From an uncultured Planctomycetales bacterium (GTDB taxonomy: Bacteria; Omnitrophota; Gorgyraeia; Zapsychrales; Fredricksoniimonadaceae), in NCBI GenBank assembly GCA_964520655.1, contig CAZFNI010000003.1:70220-134219 (forward strand): a stretch of 64,000 nucleotides of DNA. Direction: 5' to 3'. Made by a program: the position numbers and the translations under genes. The notes under the pieces are model-generated. The model did not search any database. It was not told where the DNA came from and saw only the letters and a list, made by a program, of their open reading frames with translations. How positions within the stretch are numbered: the first letter of the stretch is position 1; each line of letters begins with the position of its first letter. This document shows positions 9,936 to 20,264 of this stretch, piece after piece.

Positions 9936-10865
9936 ATGCATATATATACTATTGGGATCGATATTGGTGGGACCAATATCAAGATCGGCGTATTGGACCG
10001 CTCTGGTGTTGTCATCGCCCGAAACCATTTTGCCACAAAGCCTTTTGCGTCTAGTAAAGTCAAGCTGATCGATGCCATCGCGTCGCATGTGCGGACGATC
10101 ATGGAGCATGCCGGTATCAAACGCAACCAGGTCAATGGCATCGGTATTGGTCTTCCGGGGCCGATCGACCACAAGGCGGGAATTGTGCGGTTTCTACCCA
10201 ATATTCCCGGCTGGAAGAATGTCCCGCTTAAAAGCCTGCTTGAAAAACGGTTGAATATCCCGGTGTACATTGACAATGACGTGAAATTAATTACCCTGGC
10301 CGAATGGAAGAAAGGCGCTGGCAAAGGTTATACGGATCTGGTATGCCTGACGCTTGGAACTGGTGTGGGCAGCGGGCTTGTGTTAGGTGATCAACTTTAT
10401 CGCGGCGTTCATAATGCGGCCGGAGAATTAGGGCATTTGCCCATCAATGAAGAGGGGCCCAAATGCAACTGCGGTGGGTACGGCTGTCTGGAAAGTTATA
10501 TCGGCAACCAGCGTTTGTTCGCGCGCGCCAGTACGATCATGAATACGCCGGGCATGACCACTCAAACCATGTTCGCGTTAGCCAATAAGAATAATAAGAA
10601 AGCGTTGAAGTTCTGGGAAGAAACAGCGACGCATTTAGGCAATGGTTTAACGGCCATTGTCAATTTGCTTAATCCCCAGATCATCATCATCGGCGGAGGG
10701 GTTTCCAACAACCACCGCTATTTATTTAAAACCGCTCAAGCTGTCATTGATTCCCGGGCCATGCTGACCCACCGTAAAAAGGTCAAGATCGTTCGGGCAA
10801 AGTTGGGCGATGACGCCGGCATCATCGGCGCGCAAGTACTGGTCAATCATGTCCAAGATCTGTAA
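9936..10865 (+). CDS. ROK family sugar kinase (glucokinase-like)
   Basis: An IGIDIGGT ATP-binding motif, the ROK signature, and the zinc motif CNCGGYGCLE. Confidence 0.85.
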   Translation: MHIYTIGIDIGGTNIKIGVLDRSGVVIARNHFATKPFASSKVKLIDAIASHVRTIMEHAGIKRNQVNGIGIGLPGPIDHKAGIVRFLPNIPGWKNVPLKSLLEKRLNIPVYIDNDVKLITLAEWKKGAGKGYTDLVCLTLGTGVGSGLVLGDQLYRGVHNAAGELGHLPINEEGPKCNCGGYGCLESYIGNQRLFARASTIMNTPGMTTQTMFALANKNNKKALKFWEETATHLGNGLTAIVNLLNPQIIIIGGGVSNNHRYLFKTAQAVIDSRAMLTHRKKVKIVRAKLGDDAGIIGAQVLVNHVQDL

Positions 10866-13035
10866 AAACCTGCTATTGTTCGTTCTGCTGTGCGCACCGG
10901 CGCTCGCCCATGCCCAGTGGGATGTGACGGAAAAAGACCAGGGTAAGACCTTTAAGGATATTAAAGAGGGTAAAATCTCTCTGGATGTTCAGAAACCTTC
11001 TGGTGCTGTTGAGGTTCAGGCGGACAAAGTGGAATTCCTCAGTCCTGCCAATACGGCCAGGGCCAGCGGTAATGCGGTGATCCGGTCGGGCGACAGTCTT
11101 CTCAAGGCGGATTCTGTCGAGATCAACAAGACCACCAAAGAGGTCACTGTCCGGGGGGATATGTATTTAGACACGCCCCAATTTTCTGTGGATGCCGATG
11201 GGGCCGCGTATAATTTCTCCACCACCGCCGGTGCGTTTGATAATGTGCGGATGTTCAATGAGCCTTTCCAGATCAAGGGGCGGCACATTGATAAAGATGC
11301 GGACGGGCATATCCTGATGCAGGATGGATATTTGACCACCTGCGACCATGATCATCCCCATTACCGCATGCAGACGCGGACGCTGGACGTTTATCCGGGG
11401 GACAAGGCCGTTGCCCGTGGCGTGACGATGTTCTTAGGGCCGGTTCCTGTCATGTATTTCATGAAATTCACTCAGGACCTCAAAGACAAGCCGTGGTTTA
11501 CCTTTACGCCGGGATATAAAAAAGATTTGGGGATGTTCTTATTGACCCGTTCCCGGATCAAGGTGAATGATAATTTTAAGACAACTATCCGTGTCGACGG
11601 GTATGAGCGCATGGGGTTTGGGATCGGCGCGGACAGTTCCTACCGGACGCCCTCATTCGGTTCAGGCATCATGAAATATTATTTTATCAATGAACGCCAG
11701 ATCGCGGCCAAGCATCCCTGGTCGTCCAAAAGAGCGGCGACGGTCCAGAATGAACGCTATCGCCTGGAATGGCGCCATCAGTGGAACATGGACGATAAGA
11801 CCCAAGCGGTGTTCCAGTATTACCGTTTAAGCGATAATCTTATCTTAAAACGTTACTTTGAACGTGAATACCGCAAAGAATCTGATCCGCAGACTTTCTT
11901 TTATATCAACCGGGCCCTGCCGGCGGGTAACTTAAGCCTTCGGGTCGACCATCGGGTCAACCGTTTTGTGCAGGCCATAGACCGTACCCCTGAAGTCACC
12001 TATTCTCTGGCGGGTCAGCCTATCGGCAGCAGCGGATTTTATCTAAAAACAGAGGACAGTATATCGAATCTGGTCAACCGCCAGGCGTCTCCAACGGAAG
12101 ATAGACGAAAGACCTTGCGCGCCGATTCCAATAATGAAGTCTCATACCCGACGCACATAGGTTTTGTCCAGTTCACGCCCATGGTTGGCGGGCAAACCAC
12201 CTATTACAGCCGTACCATCGACGACCGCAGGCCCAAGGATGTGGTCAGGCAGATGTTTAAGACAGGTGCGGATTTCAGCACCCGCTTCATGAAGGTCATG
12301 CAATTAGATCGTGGACTTTTGGGTAGCGATCTCACGAAGCTGCGTCATATCATCGCGCCCAGCGTCGCTTACCGTTACCAGCATACGCCGACATTCCAGG
12401 CCTCCCGTTTAAATCAGTTCGATGCCGCCATCGACGGATTGTCCCAGGACCACCGCATCACGTTCTCCTTGGAGAATAAACTGCAGGCCAAACGCAAGGG
12501 CAAGATCGTTGATCTGGTTCGTGATCTGGCCACCGTTGACTATCTGATCAAGCAGACAGGCCGCGGCGGGCAGCTTTCCCCGGTGAGGAATTTGTTTGAA
12601 TTAACGCCGCTAAGCTGGCTGCGGTTGGTCACAGATACGACCATCGACCATAAGCATAACCGCATTTCCGAGGGGAATCTCGATGTGTATTTTACCAAAG
12701 AGGATAAATACGGTTTTGATATCGGCGATCGTTTTGCCCGCGGACAGGACCATCAGCTGATCACTCAATTCGCCTATATCATCAACCCGAAATGGCGCTT
12801 TAAGATGTACGACCGTTTCGATGTCGGCACCGGCGCGCTGCGCGAAGAGAATTACACCTTGACCCGCGACCTGCATGAGTGGGAAATGAATTTTATTTAT
12901 GGTCAGACGAGGGGCAGTGGTATAGAATTCTTGATGTCGTTTAAGCTCAAAGCCTTCCCGGATCAGCCGTTGGATCTGTTTAGTTCCACCTTCCACGAAC
13001 GTAAAGCGGGGTCGCAGACATCAGAAGGATTTTAA
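10849..13035 (+). CDS. lptD: LPS-assembly outer-membrane protein LptD/OstA family
   Basis: A signal peptide (MSKICKNLLLFVLLCAPALAHA), an N-terminal OstA-like domain, the YLTTCD motif and a long beta-barrel region. The start was chosen at the signal-peptide Met rather than the upstream ATG at 10810, which lies inside the ROK gene. Confidence 0.7.
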   Translation: MSKICKNLLLFVLLCAPALAHAQWDVTEKDQGKTFKDIKEGKISLDVQKPSGAVEVQADKVEFLSPANTARASGNAVIRSGDSLLKADSVEINKTTKEVTVRGDMYLDTPQFSVDADGAAYNFSTTAGAFDNVRMFNEPFQIKGRHIDKDADGHILMQDGYLTTCDHDHPHYRMQTRTLDVYPGDKAVARGVTMFLGPVPVMYFMKFTQDLKDKPWFTFTPGYKKDLGMFLLTRSRIKVNDNFKTTIRVDGYERMGFGIGADSSYRTPSFGSGIMKYYFINERQIAAKHPWSSKRAATVQNERYRLEWRHQWNMDDKTQAVFQYYRLSDNLILKRYFEREYRKESDPQTFFYINRALPAGNLSLRVDHRVNRFVQAIDRTPEVTYSLAGQPIGSSGFYLKTEDSISNLVNRQASPTEDRRKTLRADSNNEVSYPTHIGFVQFTPMVGGQTTYYSRTIDDRRPKDVVRQMFKTGADFSTRFMKVMQLDRGLLGSDLTKLRHIIAPSVAYRYQHTPTFQASRLNQFDAAIDGLSQDHRITFSLENKLQAKRKGKIVDLVRDLATVDYLIKQTGRGGQLSPVRNLFELTPLSWLRLVTDTTIDHKHNRISEGNLDVYFTKEDKYGFDIGDRFARGQDHQLITQFAYIINPKWRFKMYDRFDVGTGALREENYTLTRDLHEWEMNFIYGQTRGSGIEFLMSFKLKAFPDQPLDLFSSTFHERKAGSQTSEGF

Positions 13036-13069
13036 ACCCCAAGCATAAACAACAGGAGAGAAAGAAGAA

Positions 13070-14389
13070 ATGAATATTGCAATTATTGGTTCAGGGTATG
13101 TAGGATTGGTCACGGGAGTTTGTTTGTCCCACATTGGCCACCATGTGATCTCCGTCGACAATAATCCGGAAAAGATCAAGAAGCTTAAAAAAGGCCAGAT
13201 CCCCATTTATGAGCCCGGTCTTTTGGAATTAATGAAAGAATGCGTTCGCAAAAAGCGTCTTTCTTTCACGACATCTATCAAAGAGGCAACAGCCAAGTCG
13301 ACCGTTATCTTTTTAGCTGTCCCAACACCGCCGAAACCAAACGGCGACGCGGACCTGACCTATATTGAGAACGTGGCCCGCGAGATCGCGCGCAGCATGG
13401 ATTCCTATAAATTGATCGTTGAGAAATCCACTGTCCCGGCGGAAACGGGTAATAAGGTGCGCCGCACCATTCAACTGAACCTGCCTAAGAAATACAAGAA
13501 AGGACATAAGATCTTATTGGACTTTGACGTGGCTTCCAATCCGGAATTCCTTAAAGAAGGCAGCGCGGTCAGCGATTTCATGAACCCGGACCGGGTTGTC
13601 GTCGGGGTTGAATCAAAAAAAGCTGAGGACCTGCTCAGGGAGATCTATAAGCCGTTAAAGACCAAGATCTTGGTCACCAATACCGCGTCGGCGGAGATGA
13701 TCAAGCATGCGTCTAATTCATTTTTGGCGACGAAGATATCGTTTATCAACGCGGTGGCCCAGATCTGCGACCGCGTGGGTGCGGATGTGCTCAAAGTGGC
13801 GGAAGGGATGGGGCTGGACAAGCGGATCGGCCGCCAATTTTTGGATGCCGGTATTGGTTACGGAGGCAGCTGTTTTCCTAAAGACGTCGACGCGTTCGTG
13901 CGTTTAAGCGAAAAGAACGGTTATGATTTTTCCCTGCTTAAAAGCGTGCGTTTGATCAATGACGAGCAGCGCCGCTGGTTCGTAAGATTCATTGAAGAGA
14001 AATTGTGGAACATCAAGGACAAGACGATCGGCGTCTGGGGGATCGCTTTTAAACCTAACACTGACGATATCCGCAATTCCGCCGCCATCGAGATCATCCG
14101 TATGCTGCAGGCGGAAGGGGCCAAGGTCAAGGCGTATGATCCTAAAGCGCTGGAGAATGCGCGTAAGGAATTGCGCGGCGTGAAATTATGCGAGGATGCT
14201 TATGAGGCAGCGGAGGATTGCGATTGTTTGATCCTGCTGACCGAATGGGCGGAATTCAAGGATGTGAATTTCCGGCAAGTTCAGGCGGCGATGCGCCAGC
14301 CGGTCGTTTTCGACGGGCGTAATTTCCTGGATCCGGTCAAAATGGAAGAGGTTGGTTTTGAATATTATGGTATTGGAAGGGGGAAGTAA
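13070..14389 (+). CDS. ugd: UDP-glucose 6-dehydrogenase
   Basis: A Rossmann motif IAIIGSGYVG, a GGSCFPKD catalytic cysteine motif and full-length nucleotide-sugar dehydrogenase similarity. RBS aggaga. Confidence 0.9.
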   Translation: MNIAIIGSGYVGLVTGVCLSHIGHHVISVDNNPEKIKKLKKGQIPIYEPGLLELMKECVRKKRLSFTTSIKEATAKSTVIFLAVPTPPKPNGDADLTYIENVAREIARSMDSYKLIVEKSTVPAETGNKVRRTIQLNLPKKYKKGHKILLDFDVASNPEFLKEGSAVSDFMNPDRVVVGVESKKAEDLLREIYKPLKTKILVTNTASAEMIKHASNSFLATKISFINAVAQICDRVGADVLKVAEGMGLDKRIGRQFLDAGIGYGGSCFPKDVDAFVRLSEKNGYDFSLLKSVRLINDEQRRWFVRFIEEKLWNIKDKTIGVWGIAFKPNTDDIRNSAAIEIIRMLQAEGAKVKAYDPKALENARKELRGVKLCEDAYEAAEDCDCLILLTEWAEFKDVNFRQVQAAMRQPVVFDGRNFLDPVKMEEVGFEYYGIGRGK

Positions 14390-14390
14390 T

Positions 14391-15689
14391 ATGTCGTTAT
14401 TAGCAGGCGCGTTATCAAAAAAGATCAAGAATCATCAGGCGACAGTCGCGGTTATCGGGATGGGTTACGTCGGGCTCCCGCTGGCATTGTCTTTTGCCAG
14501 AAAAGGGTTTAAGACCTTTGGGGTCGATACCAATGAACGCCGGGTGGATGCATTAAAAACCGGGAAAAGTTATATCACTGACGTGCATGCGTCAGAAATT
14601 CACGCGGTGCTGCACGCGAACCGTTTTACGCCGACGTTGGACGTGTCGGTTATCGCTCAAGCGGATGCTATTTTGATCTGTGTCCCGACGCCGATCAAAC
14701 GCAAATACACACCGGATGTGTCTTACATTTTAAGCGCGGTGCGGACAACAGCGAAATATTTAAAGAAAGGGGCACTGGTCGTTTTAGAAAGCACGACGTA
14801 TCCGGGGACAACGGATGAGCTGATCAAGCCGGAATTGGAAAAAAGCGGCTTGAAGGCCGGCCGTGATTTCTTTTTGGCATTCTCGCCGGAACGCATTGAC
14901 CCGGGCAATAAACATTTCGAAGTGACCTCCATCCCCAAGGTTGTGGGTGGGATGACCGAGGACTGCACCAAGTTGACCGCCCAGCTGTACGGCTCGGTGA
15001 TCAAGCGCGTGCATTTGGTCACATCGACTAAAGCTGCGGAGATGACCAAATTACTGGAGAATTCGTTTCGCATCGTCAATATCGGCTGGATCAATGAGAT
15101 CGCGCAAAGCTGCCACACCATGGGCATCGACGTGTGGGAGGTTATTGATGCGGCAAAAACGAAACCGTTTGGGTTTATGCCGTTTTATCCGGGATTAGGC
15201 GTCGGTGGGCACTGTATCCCTGAAGATCCTCTGTATCTGTACTGGAAAGCGAAACGTTACGGCTTTAATTCCAAATTCATCAAGCTAGCGGCCGACACCA
15301 ATGCGCATATGCCCTCCTACGTGGCGCATCGTCTGGAAGAAACACTGAAAAAACCGTTAAGCAAATCGAAGGTATTGGTGCTTGGCGTCACGTATAAAAA
15401 AGACGTCAAAGATTTGCGTAAATCCCCGTCGATCAATCTGATCGATGTGATCAAACGCCGCGGCCATGTCGATTTTCATGATCCGTTCTGCCCATTCTTA
15501 AAAGCAGAAGGTTTGGACATGAAGGGCGTCGAGCTGACACCTGCTGTCATCAAGAAATATGATGTGGTTGTTATCGCGGTCGATCACACCAAAGTGGATT
15601 ATGCGTTGGTGCTGCGCCACGCGAAGAAAGTGTTCGATGTCAGGAACGTTTACCATAACAATAAAGACAGAAAGATCGTTCGTTTATGA
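14391..15689 (+). CDS. UDP-N-acetyl-D-mannosamine/glucosamine dehydrogenase family (WecC/TviB/WbpA-like)
   Basis: [14 protein letters not shown] and GGHCIPEDP motifs. The start follows the ugd stop by 1 nt and has a gggggaag RBS. Confidence 0.8.
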   Translation: MSLLAGALSKKIKNHQATVAVIGMGYVGLPLALSFARKGFKTFGVDTNERRVDALKTGKSYITDVHASEIHAVLHANRFTPTLDVSVIAQADAILICVPTPIKRKYTPDVSYILSAVRTTAKYLKKGALVVLESTTYPGTTDELIKPELEKSGLKAGRDFFLAFSPERIDPGNKHFEVTSIPKVVGGMTEDCTKLTAQLYGSVIKRVHLVTSTKAAEMTKLLENSFRIVNIGWINEIAQSCHTMGIDVWEVIDAAKTKPFGFMPFYPGLGVGGHCIPEDPLYLYWKAKRYGFNSKFIKLAADTNAHMPSYVAHRLEETLKKPLSKSKVLVLGVTYKKDVKDLRKSPSINLIDVIKRRGHVDFHDPFCPFLKAEGLDMKGVELTPAVIKKYDVVVIAVDHTKVDYALVLRHAKKVFDVRNVYHNNKDRKIVRL

Positions 15690-16621
15690 AAAAGACAGTT
15701 GTTGTGACCGGAGGAGCAGGGTTTGTCGGCAGTCATTTATGTGACTGGTTCATCAAAAAGGGCTATAAAGTGGTCGCGGTCGATAATTTGATCACTGGCA
15801 GTAAGCGCAATATCGCCCATTTGAAGAATAACAAGGATTTTAAATTCATCCAGCATGATATCTCAAAGCCGCTTAATATCGCAGGGCCTATCCATTACAT
15901 CCTGCATTTTGCTTCGCCGGCATCACCCGTCGACTATGTCAAACATCAGCTGGCCACCATGATGGTCGGGGCCCAGGGCACGCAGAACGCTTTAGAGATC
16001 GCCAAGAAAAAGAAAGCGGTGTTCCTGCTGGCGTCAACCTCGGAAGTGTACGGGGATCCCTTGCAGCATCCGCAAAAAGAAAGTTATTGGGGTAATGTCA
16101 ATCCCAACGGCCCGCGCAGCATGTATGACGAGGCCAAGCGCTATGCTGAGGCGATCACCATGGTGTATCATCGCTGCGATAAGGTCAATGTGAAGATCGT
16201 CCGTATCTTTAATACCTACGGTCCGCGCATGCAGATCAAAGACGGCCGGGTCGTCCCCAATTTCATCGACCAGATTTTAAGTCAAAAGCCATTGACCGTG
16301 TATGGCAACGGGAAGCAGACGCGTTCTTTCTGTTATGTCGACGACTTGGTCGACGGCATCACCAAGCTTTTACTGTCAAAAGAGACTGGTCCGGTCAATA
16401 TCGGCAACCCCAGGGAATTCACGATCTTGCAGTTCGCTCAATTGATCCGCAAGTTCTACAACCCTAAAGCCAAGATCGTTTATGAGCCCTTACCTAAGGA
16501 TGATCCCAAGCAGCGCAAACCGGATATCAGCCTGGCCCGCAAGGCCCTGGGTTGGGAGCCCAAGATCCCATTGGAAGAAGGGATCCAGCGGACAATGGAT
16601 TATTTTAAGTCCATTTATTGA
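15686..16621 (+). CDS. UDP-glucuronate decarboxylase (UDP-xylose synthase)
   Basis: GGAGFVGSH, a YDEAKRYAE catalytic YxxxK and [10 protein letters not shown], all closely UXS-like. ATGA overlap with the upstream gene. Confidence 0.85.
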   Translation: MKKTVVVTGGAGFVGSHLCDWFIKKGYKVVAVDNLITGSKRNIAHLKNNKDFKFIQHDISKPLNIAGPIHYILHFASPASPVDYVKHQLATMMVGAQGTQNALEIAKKKKAVFLLASTSEVYGDPLQHPQKESYWGNVNPNGPRSMYDEAKRYAEAITMVYHRCDKVNVKIVRIFNTYGPRMQIKDGRVVPNFIDQILSQKPLTVYGNGKQTRSFCYVDDLVDGITKLLLSKETGPVNIGNPREFTILQFAQLIRKFYNPKAKIVYEPLPKDDPKQRKPDISLARKALGWEPKIPLEEGIQRTMDYFKSIY

Positions 16622-16668
16622 TTTTCCCATTGAACAATGAAAGTGATTTGTTATACTAACCAGCGTTT

Positions 16669-17280
16669 ATGTTAACTAAAGAACAGCTCATTGCCTTTGA
16701 AAAAGACATCGCGGATGTATTCGCCACTGGCGTCATCCGTGCTCCGGTACATCTGCGTTCCGGTCGTGAAGATGCGCTCATCAAGATCTTCACCGAATAC
16801 GGCATCAATGACGATGATTATGTCTTCGGGTTCTGGGATTCTCATGAACTGGCGCTTCTTAAAGGCGTCCCTGCCGCGGATGTGAAGGCGGCCATTGTGC
16901 GCGGCCGCAGCATATCGTTATGTTTCCCTGAGAAGAAAGTGTTATGCTCGGGTATTGTCGGTTCCCTGATGGGGACGGCAACAGGCGTGGCCTGGTCTTT
17001 GAAGAAGCAGGGGAAAAAGGGGCGCGCATTCTTGTTCTGCGGAGATATGTCGGCGGAAACCGGCATCTTTCACGAAGCGGTCAAATATGCCTGCAATTTT
17101 GATCTGCCGGCAGTCTTTATTGTCGGTGACAACGGCGTTTCGGTCATGACGGATACCCGCGCGACCTGGGGGGATAAAGACCCCTGGTTTATAGGGACAA
17201 AATACGCAAAAAAGATCATTTATTTCCAATATATCAACGGCTATCCTCATTCGGGCTTAGGCAAGCTGATCAAATTCTAA
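16669..17280 (+). CDS. Small TPP-dependent enzyme subunit, E1-alpha/transketolase N-terminal-like (PP domain)
   Basis: A TPP-binding GDM..ETGIFHEA...NFDLPAVFIVGDNG motif and an E1alpha-like N-terminal HLRSG.EDA. It is only 203 aa. Confidence 0.65.
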   Translation: MLTKEQLIAFEKDIADVFATGVIRAPVHLRSGREDALIKIFTEYGINDDDYVFGFWDSHELALLKGVPAADVKAAIVRGRSISLCFPEKKVLCSGIVGSLMGTATGVAWSLKKQGKKGRAFLFCGDMSAETGIFHEAVKYACNFDLPAVFIVGDNGVSVMTDTRATWGDKDPWFIGTKYAKKIIYFQYINGYPHSGLGKLIKF

Positions 17281-17281
17281 T

Positions 17282-17866
17282 ATGGCTGATCAAGTACCAC
17301 TGAAATATTTTGATGAATTAAAACGAACCATGGAGTGGCTGGCCACTCAGGATAAGGTTCAGTTTGTCGGCCAGACTGTTGCTGGTCCAGGCACATTCAT
17401 GTTCCAGACACTGCGGGATTGCCCCAAGGACAGAACGCTTGAAATGCCGATCAATGAAAGTTTCCAGATGCAGTTCTCGATCGGCATGGCACTGGCCGGT
17501 TATATCCCTGTGTCCGTCTATCCCAGGCAGAATTTTCTTCTGCTGGCAACTGCCGATATGGCCAATATGCTTGATAAGCTGCCTGATCTAAGCGAAGGAA
17601 AGTGGCCGATCAAAATGATCATCCGCGTTGCCACTGGTCCGGATGCCCCCGTGCATCCCGGGCATCAGCATATTGGTAATTATGCGGACGCGTTTCGGAA
17701 ACTATTCCACTGGATCGAGGTCGTTGAGCTGGATACCGCCGAGCAGATCTTCCCGGCCTATGTCAACGCGCTTAAACGCGAGGACGGCAAGTCGACATTG
17801 ATCATTGAGCACGGCAATTATTATAATGAAGAGTATTATGCCAAGGGTTTAAAGACCAGCCAGTAA
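17282..17866 (+). CDS. Small TPP-dependent enzyme subunit, E1-beta/transketolase C-terminal-like (Pyr domain)
   Basis: A pyrimidine-binding domain pattern (QFSIGMALAGYIPV). It is 194 aa and starts 1 nt after the alpha stop. Confidence 0.65.
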   Translation: MADQVPLKYFDELKRTMEWLATQDKVQFVGQTVAGPGTFMFQTLRDCPKDRTLEMPINESFQMQFSIGMALAGYIPVSVYPRQNFLLLATADMANMLDKLPDLSEGKWPIKMIIRVATGPDAPVHPGHQHIGNYADAFRKLFHWIEVVELDTAEQIFPAYVNALKREDGKSTLIIEHGNYYNEEYYAKGLKTSQ

Positions 17867-17870
17867 TCCC

Positions 17871-18791
17871 ATGCAGAAAAATTCGCGCATTTTTATCGTC
17901 GGACACAAGGAGGCCATCGAGAATTCTTTGGTCTCTGGCTTACGCTGCCGCGGTTTCAAGCATGTCTATTCCAATAATTTCAATCATATCAATGTTTTGG
18001 ACGCTGCCAAAGTGTCTAAATTCTTTAAGGCTGTCCGCCCGGATTATGTGTTCTTAGGATCGATCCGATCGGGCGGCATCGCTGCGAATTTGAGAATGCC
18101 GGCGGAATTCATTTATGAGAATTGCCAGGCACAAAACAATGTGATCCACGCGGCGCATGTCTATAAGACCAGAAAATTGCTGTATTTTACCGGTTCCTGC
18201 GCCTATCCGGCCAAGGCCCGCCAGCCGATCAAGGAAGATTCCTTGTTAACAGGGCCGTTGGAGAAAACCAGCGAGCCCTATTCTGTGGCTAAGATCGCAG
18301 GGACCATCATGTGCCAGGCCTACCGGGCCCAGTACGGCACAAAAGCCATTGTTGCGGTTCCGGCGACATTATACGGCCCCGGCAGTGATGATGATCTGGC
18401 CACCGCCCATGTCATGGGGTCTTTGATCGCCAAATTCACTTCCGCTGTTAAGGCAGGGGAATCGTCCGTTGAAGTTTGGGGGACGGGTAAGCCGCGCCGG
18501 GAGTTCTTATATGTGGATGATTTTGTGGATGCCTGCCTTATGCTCATGGACCGCTATGATGATCCGGCCATGATCAACCTGGGATCAGGGGAGGACATCA
18601 CCATTAAGAATTTAGCGCATTTGATCGCTAAAACGGCTGGTTTTAAGGGTAAGATCACCTTTAATACGTCCAAACCGGACGGGACCATGAGGAAATTGAT
18701 GGATAATGGGCGCATCAAGGATCTGGGATGGTTTCCTCAGGTGGGTTTAGAAGAGGGGATCGCTAAAACGGTCGCGTGGTACAAAAAATAA
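17871..18791 (+). CDS. GDP-L-fucose synthase family (Fcl/ColC-like 3,5-epimerase/4-reductase), atypical nucleotide-binding loop
   Basis: It aligns with E. coli Fcl (GSCAYP, EPYSVAKIAG YxxxK, FIYEN..NVIHAAH). However, the GxxGxxG loop reads GHKEAIE. Confidence 0.7.
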   Translation: MQKNSRIFIVGHKEAIENSLVSGLRCRGFKHVYSNNFNHINVLDAAKVSKFFKAVRPDYVFLGSIRSGGIAANLRMPAEFIYENCQAQNNVIHAAHVYKTRKLLYFTGSCAYPAKARQPIKEDSLLTGPLEKTSEPYSVAKIAGTIMCQAYRAQYGTKAIVAVPATLYGPGSDDDLATAHVMGSLIAKFTSAVKAGESSVEVWGTGKPRREFLYVDDFVDACLMLMDRYDDPAMINLGSGEDITIKNLAHLIAKTAGFKGKITFNTSKPDGTMRKLMDNGRIKDLGWFPQVGLEEGIAKTVAWYKK

Positions 18792-18816
18792 GACCGCGGA
18801 TCGCGCGGTCTTTGAG
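18792..18816 (+). terminator. Candidate rho-independent terminator
   Basis: A gaccgcg-gatcg-cgcggtc hairpin followed by a TTT run, immediately after the stop. Confidence 0.4.
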
Positions 18817-18910
18817 GAGATGAACTTTTTCTCCAATGTCAGGATATTGCTCATCCATGACTATCTATAATATAGCAAATAAAATGGTTAAATACAAGAG
18901 AGAATTAAAT

Positions 18911-19300
18911 ATGCTCATGACGATCCCGCGGATGATACAGACAATGAGCATGGTTGTCGTATTATCAGTTTTTTCGATGAAAGCATTTGCCGGAGTTGAC
19001 CCGGCTGTTCAAACAGCTGATGAGAACAGAAGAACGGTTGTGCGCTTGCTTGTAGACGGAGAATTTAGTGAGGCGGTCAAGGTCATGGATGCCTGGATGA
19101 AAGCCAGGCCAGAAGATAAGCCCAAGATCGATCTGTTGCGGCAAGTTGAAGATCAGGTAAAGGGTGAACCTGATGAGCAGAAACGGAAAGAGCTTATTGC
19201 CGTGATATCCTTGCAGCAAGTGTCAACAGCGCTCAATGATTTTACGTCAACTGTTCAGGCGGGGCAGCCCATAGGCTCTCTGGACCCGGAACATCAATAA
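18911..19300 (+). CDS. Hypothetical small secreted protein
   Basis: A signal peptide MLMTIPRMIQTMSMVVVLSVFSMKAFA and no recognisable domain. The start was chosen at the signal-peptide Met. Confidence 0.4.
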   Translation: MLMTIPRMIQTMSMVVVLSVFSMKAFAGVDPAVQTADENRRTVVRLLVDGEFSEAVKVMDAWMKARPEDKPKIDLLRQVEDQVKGEPDEQKRKELIAVISLQQVSTALNDFTSTVQAGQPIGSLDPEHQ

Positions 19301-19333
19301 TTTGATCATTAACATACTACAGGAGAATGGATC

Positions 19334-20263
19334 ATGAAGATTTTGGTCACAGGGGCAGCAGGGTATATCGGTTCGGTATTAACACCAATTTTGCTCAATG
19401 AGGGGCATGAGGTCATTGCGTTGGATAATTTCATGTACAGCCAATCATCATTACTGGATTGCTGTTATCATCCGAAATTGACCATCATCCGCGGGGATAC
19501 GCGCGACCGTGTGTTGATGACGAAATTGCTCAAGAGCGTGGATGCGATCTTCCCGCTGGCCTGTTTGACCGGTGCGCCCTTATGCGCCAAAGATCCGGTG
19601 GGCGCCACGACCATCTTGCTTGATTCCGTCAAGATGATCATTGAATTAAAAAGCAAGGACCAGAGGATCATTTTCCCGACGACCAATAGCGGCTATGGGG
19701 TGGGGGAAAAGGGCAAGCACTGTACGGAGGAGACCCCGCTGCGTCCGATATCGCTGTACGGTAAGCTGAAAGTCGACGCGGAGAATGCCATTTTAGATGA
19801 CGGCGGTATCACCTTACGTTTGGCCACGGCGTTTGGTATCTCGCCGCGCATGCGCTTGGACCTTTTGGTCAATGATTTTACTTACAGGGCCGTGTATGAT
19901 CGTTTCATCGTGCTGTTTGAAGCACATTTTAACCGCAACTACGTCCACGTGAGGGATATTTCCCGGGCTTTCGTCCATTCCCTGAATAATTTTGACAAGA
20001 TGAAGAAGCAACCCTATAATGTGGGACTTAGCGACGCGAATTTGACGAAATTGCAGTTATGTCAGGAGATCAAGAAGCTGGTCCCGGACTTCTATTTCGT
20101 GGAAGCGACCATCGGCGAGGACCCGGATAAACGCGATTATATCGTCAGCAATGCCAAGATCGAAAAGACGGGCTTTAAAACCCAGGTCAGCCTGCAGGCC
20201 GGCATCGCGGAATTGATCAAAGGCTATCAGGTCATCAAACGCAACCAGTACGCCAATATCTAA
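19334..20263 (+). CDS. NAD-dependent nucleoside-diphosphate-sugar epimerase/dehydratase (SDR)
   Basis: VTGAAGYIGS and YxxxK (YGKLK). RBS aggaga. Confidence 0.75.
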   Translation: MKILVTGAAGYIGSVLTPILLNEGHEVIALDNFMYSQSSLLDCCYHPKLTIIRGDTRDRVLMTKLLKSVDAIFPLACLTGAPLCAKDPVGATTILLDSVKMIIELKSKDQRIIFPTTNSGYGVGEKGKHCTEETPLRPISLYGKLKVDAENAILDDGGITLRLATAFGISPRMRLDLLVNDFTYRAVYDRFIVLFEAHFNRNYVHVRDISRAFVHSLNNFDKMKKQPYNVGLSDANLTKLQLCQEIKKLVPDFYFVEATIGEDPDKRDYIVSNAKIEKTGFKTQVSLQAGIAELIKGYQVIKRNQYANI

Positions 20264-20264
20264 T

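Noticed and set aside
10810-10848. Upstream ATG giving a 13-aa N-terminal extension of LptD
   Set aside because: The extension lies inside the ROK kinase coding sequence. The downstream Met begins a canonical signal peptide, so 10849 was preferred.
14723-15127. 134-aa minus-strand ORF inside the UDP-ManNAc dehydrogenase gene; 194-aa minus ORF at 51851-52435 inside the carbamoyltransferase gene; 183-aa minus ORF at 59880-60431 inside the AsnB-like gene
   Set aside because: All are antisense to strongly supported genes and lack motifs.
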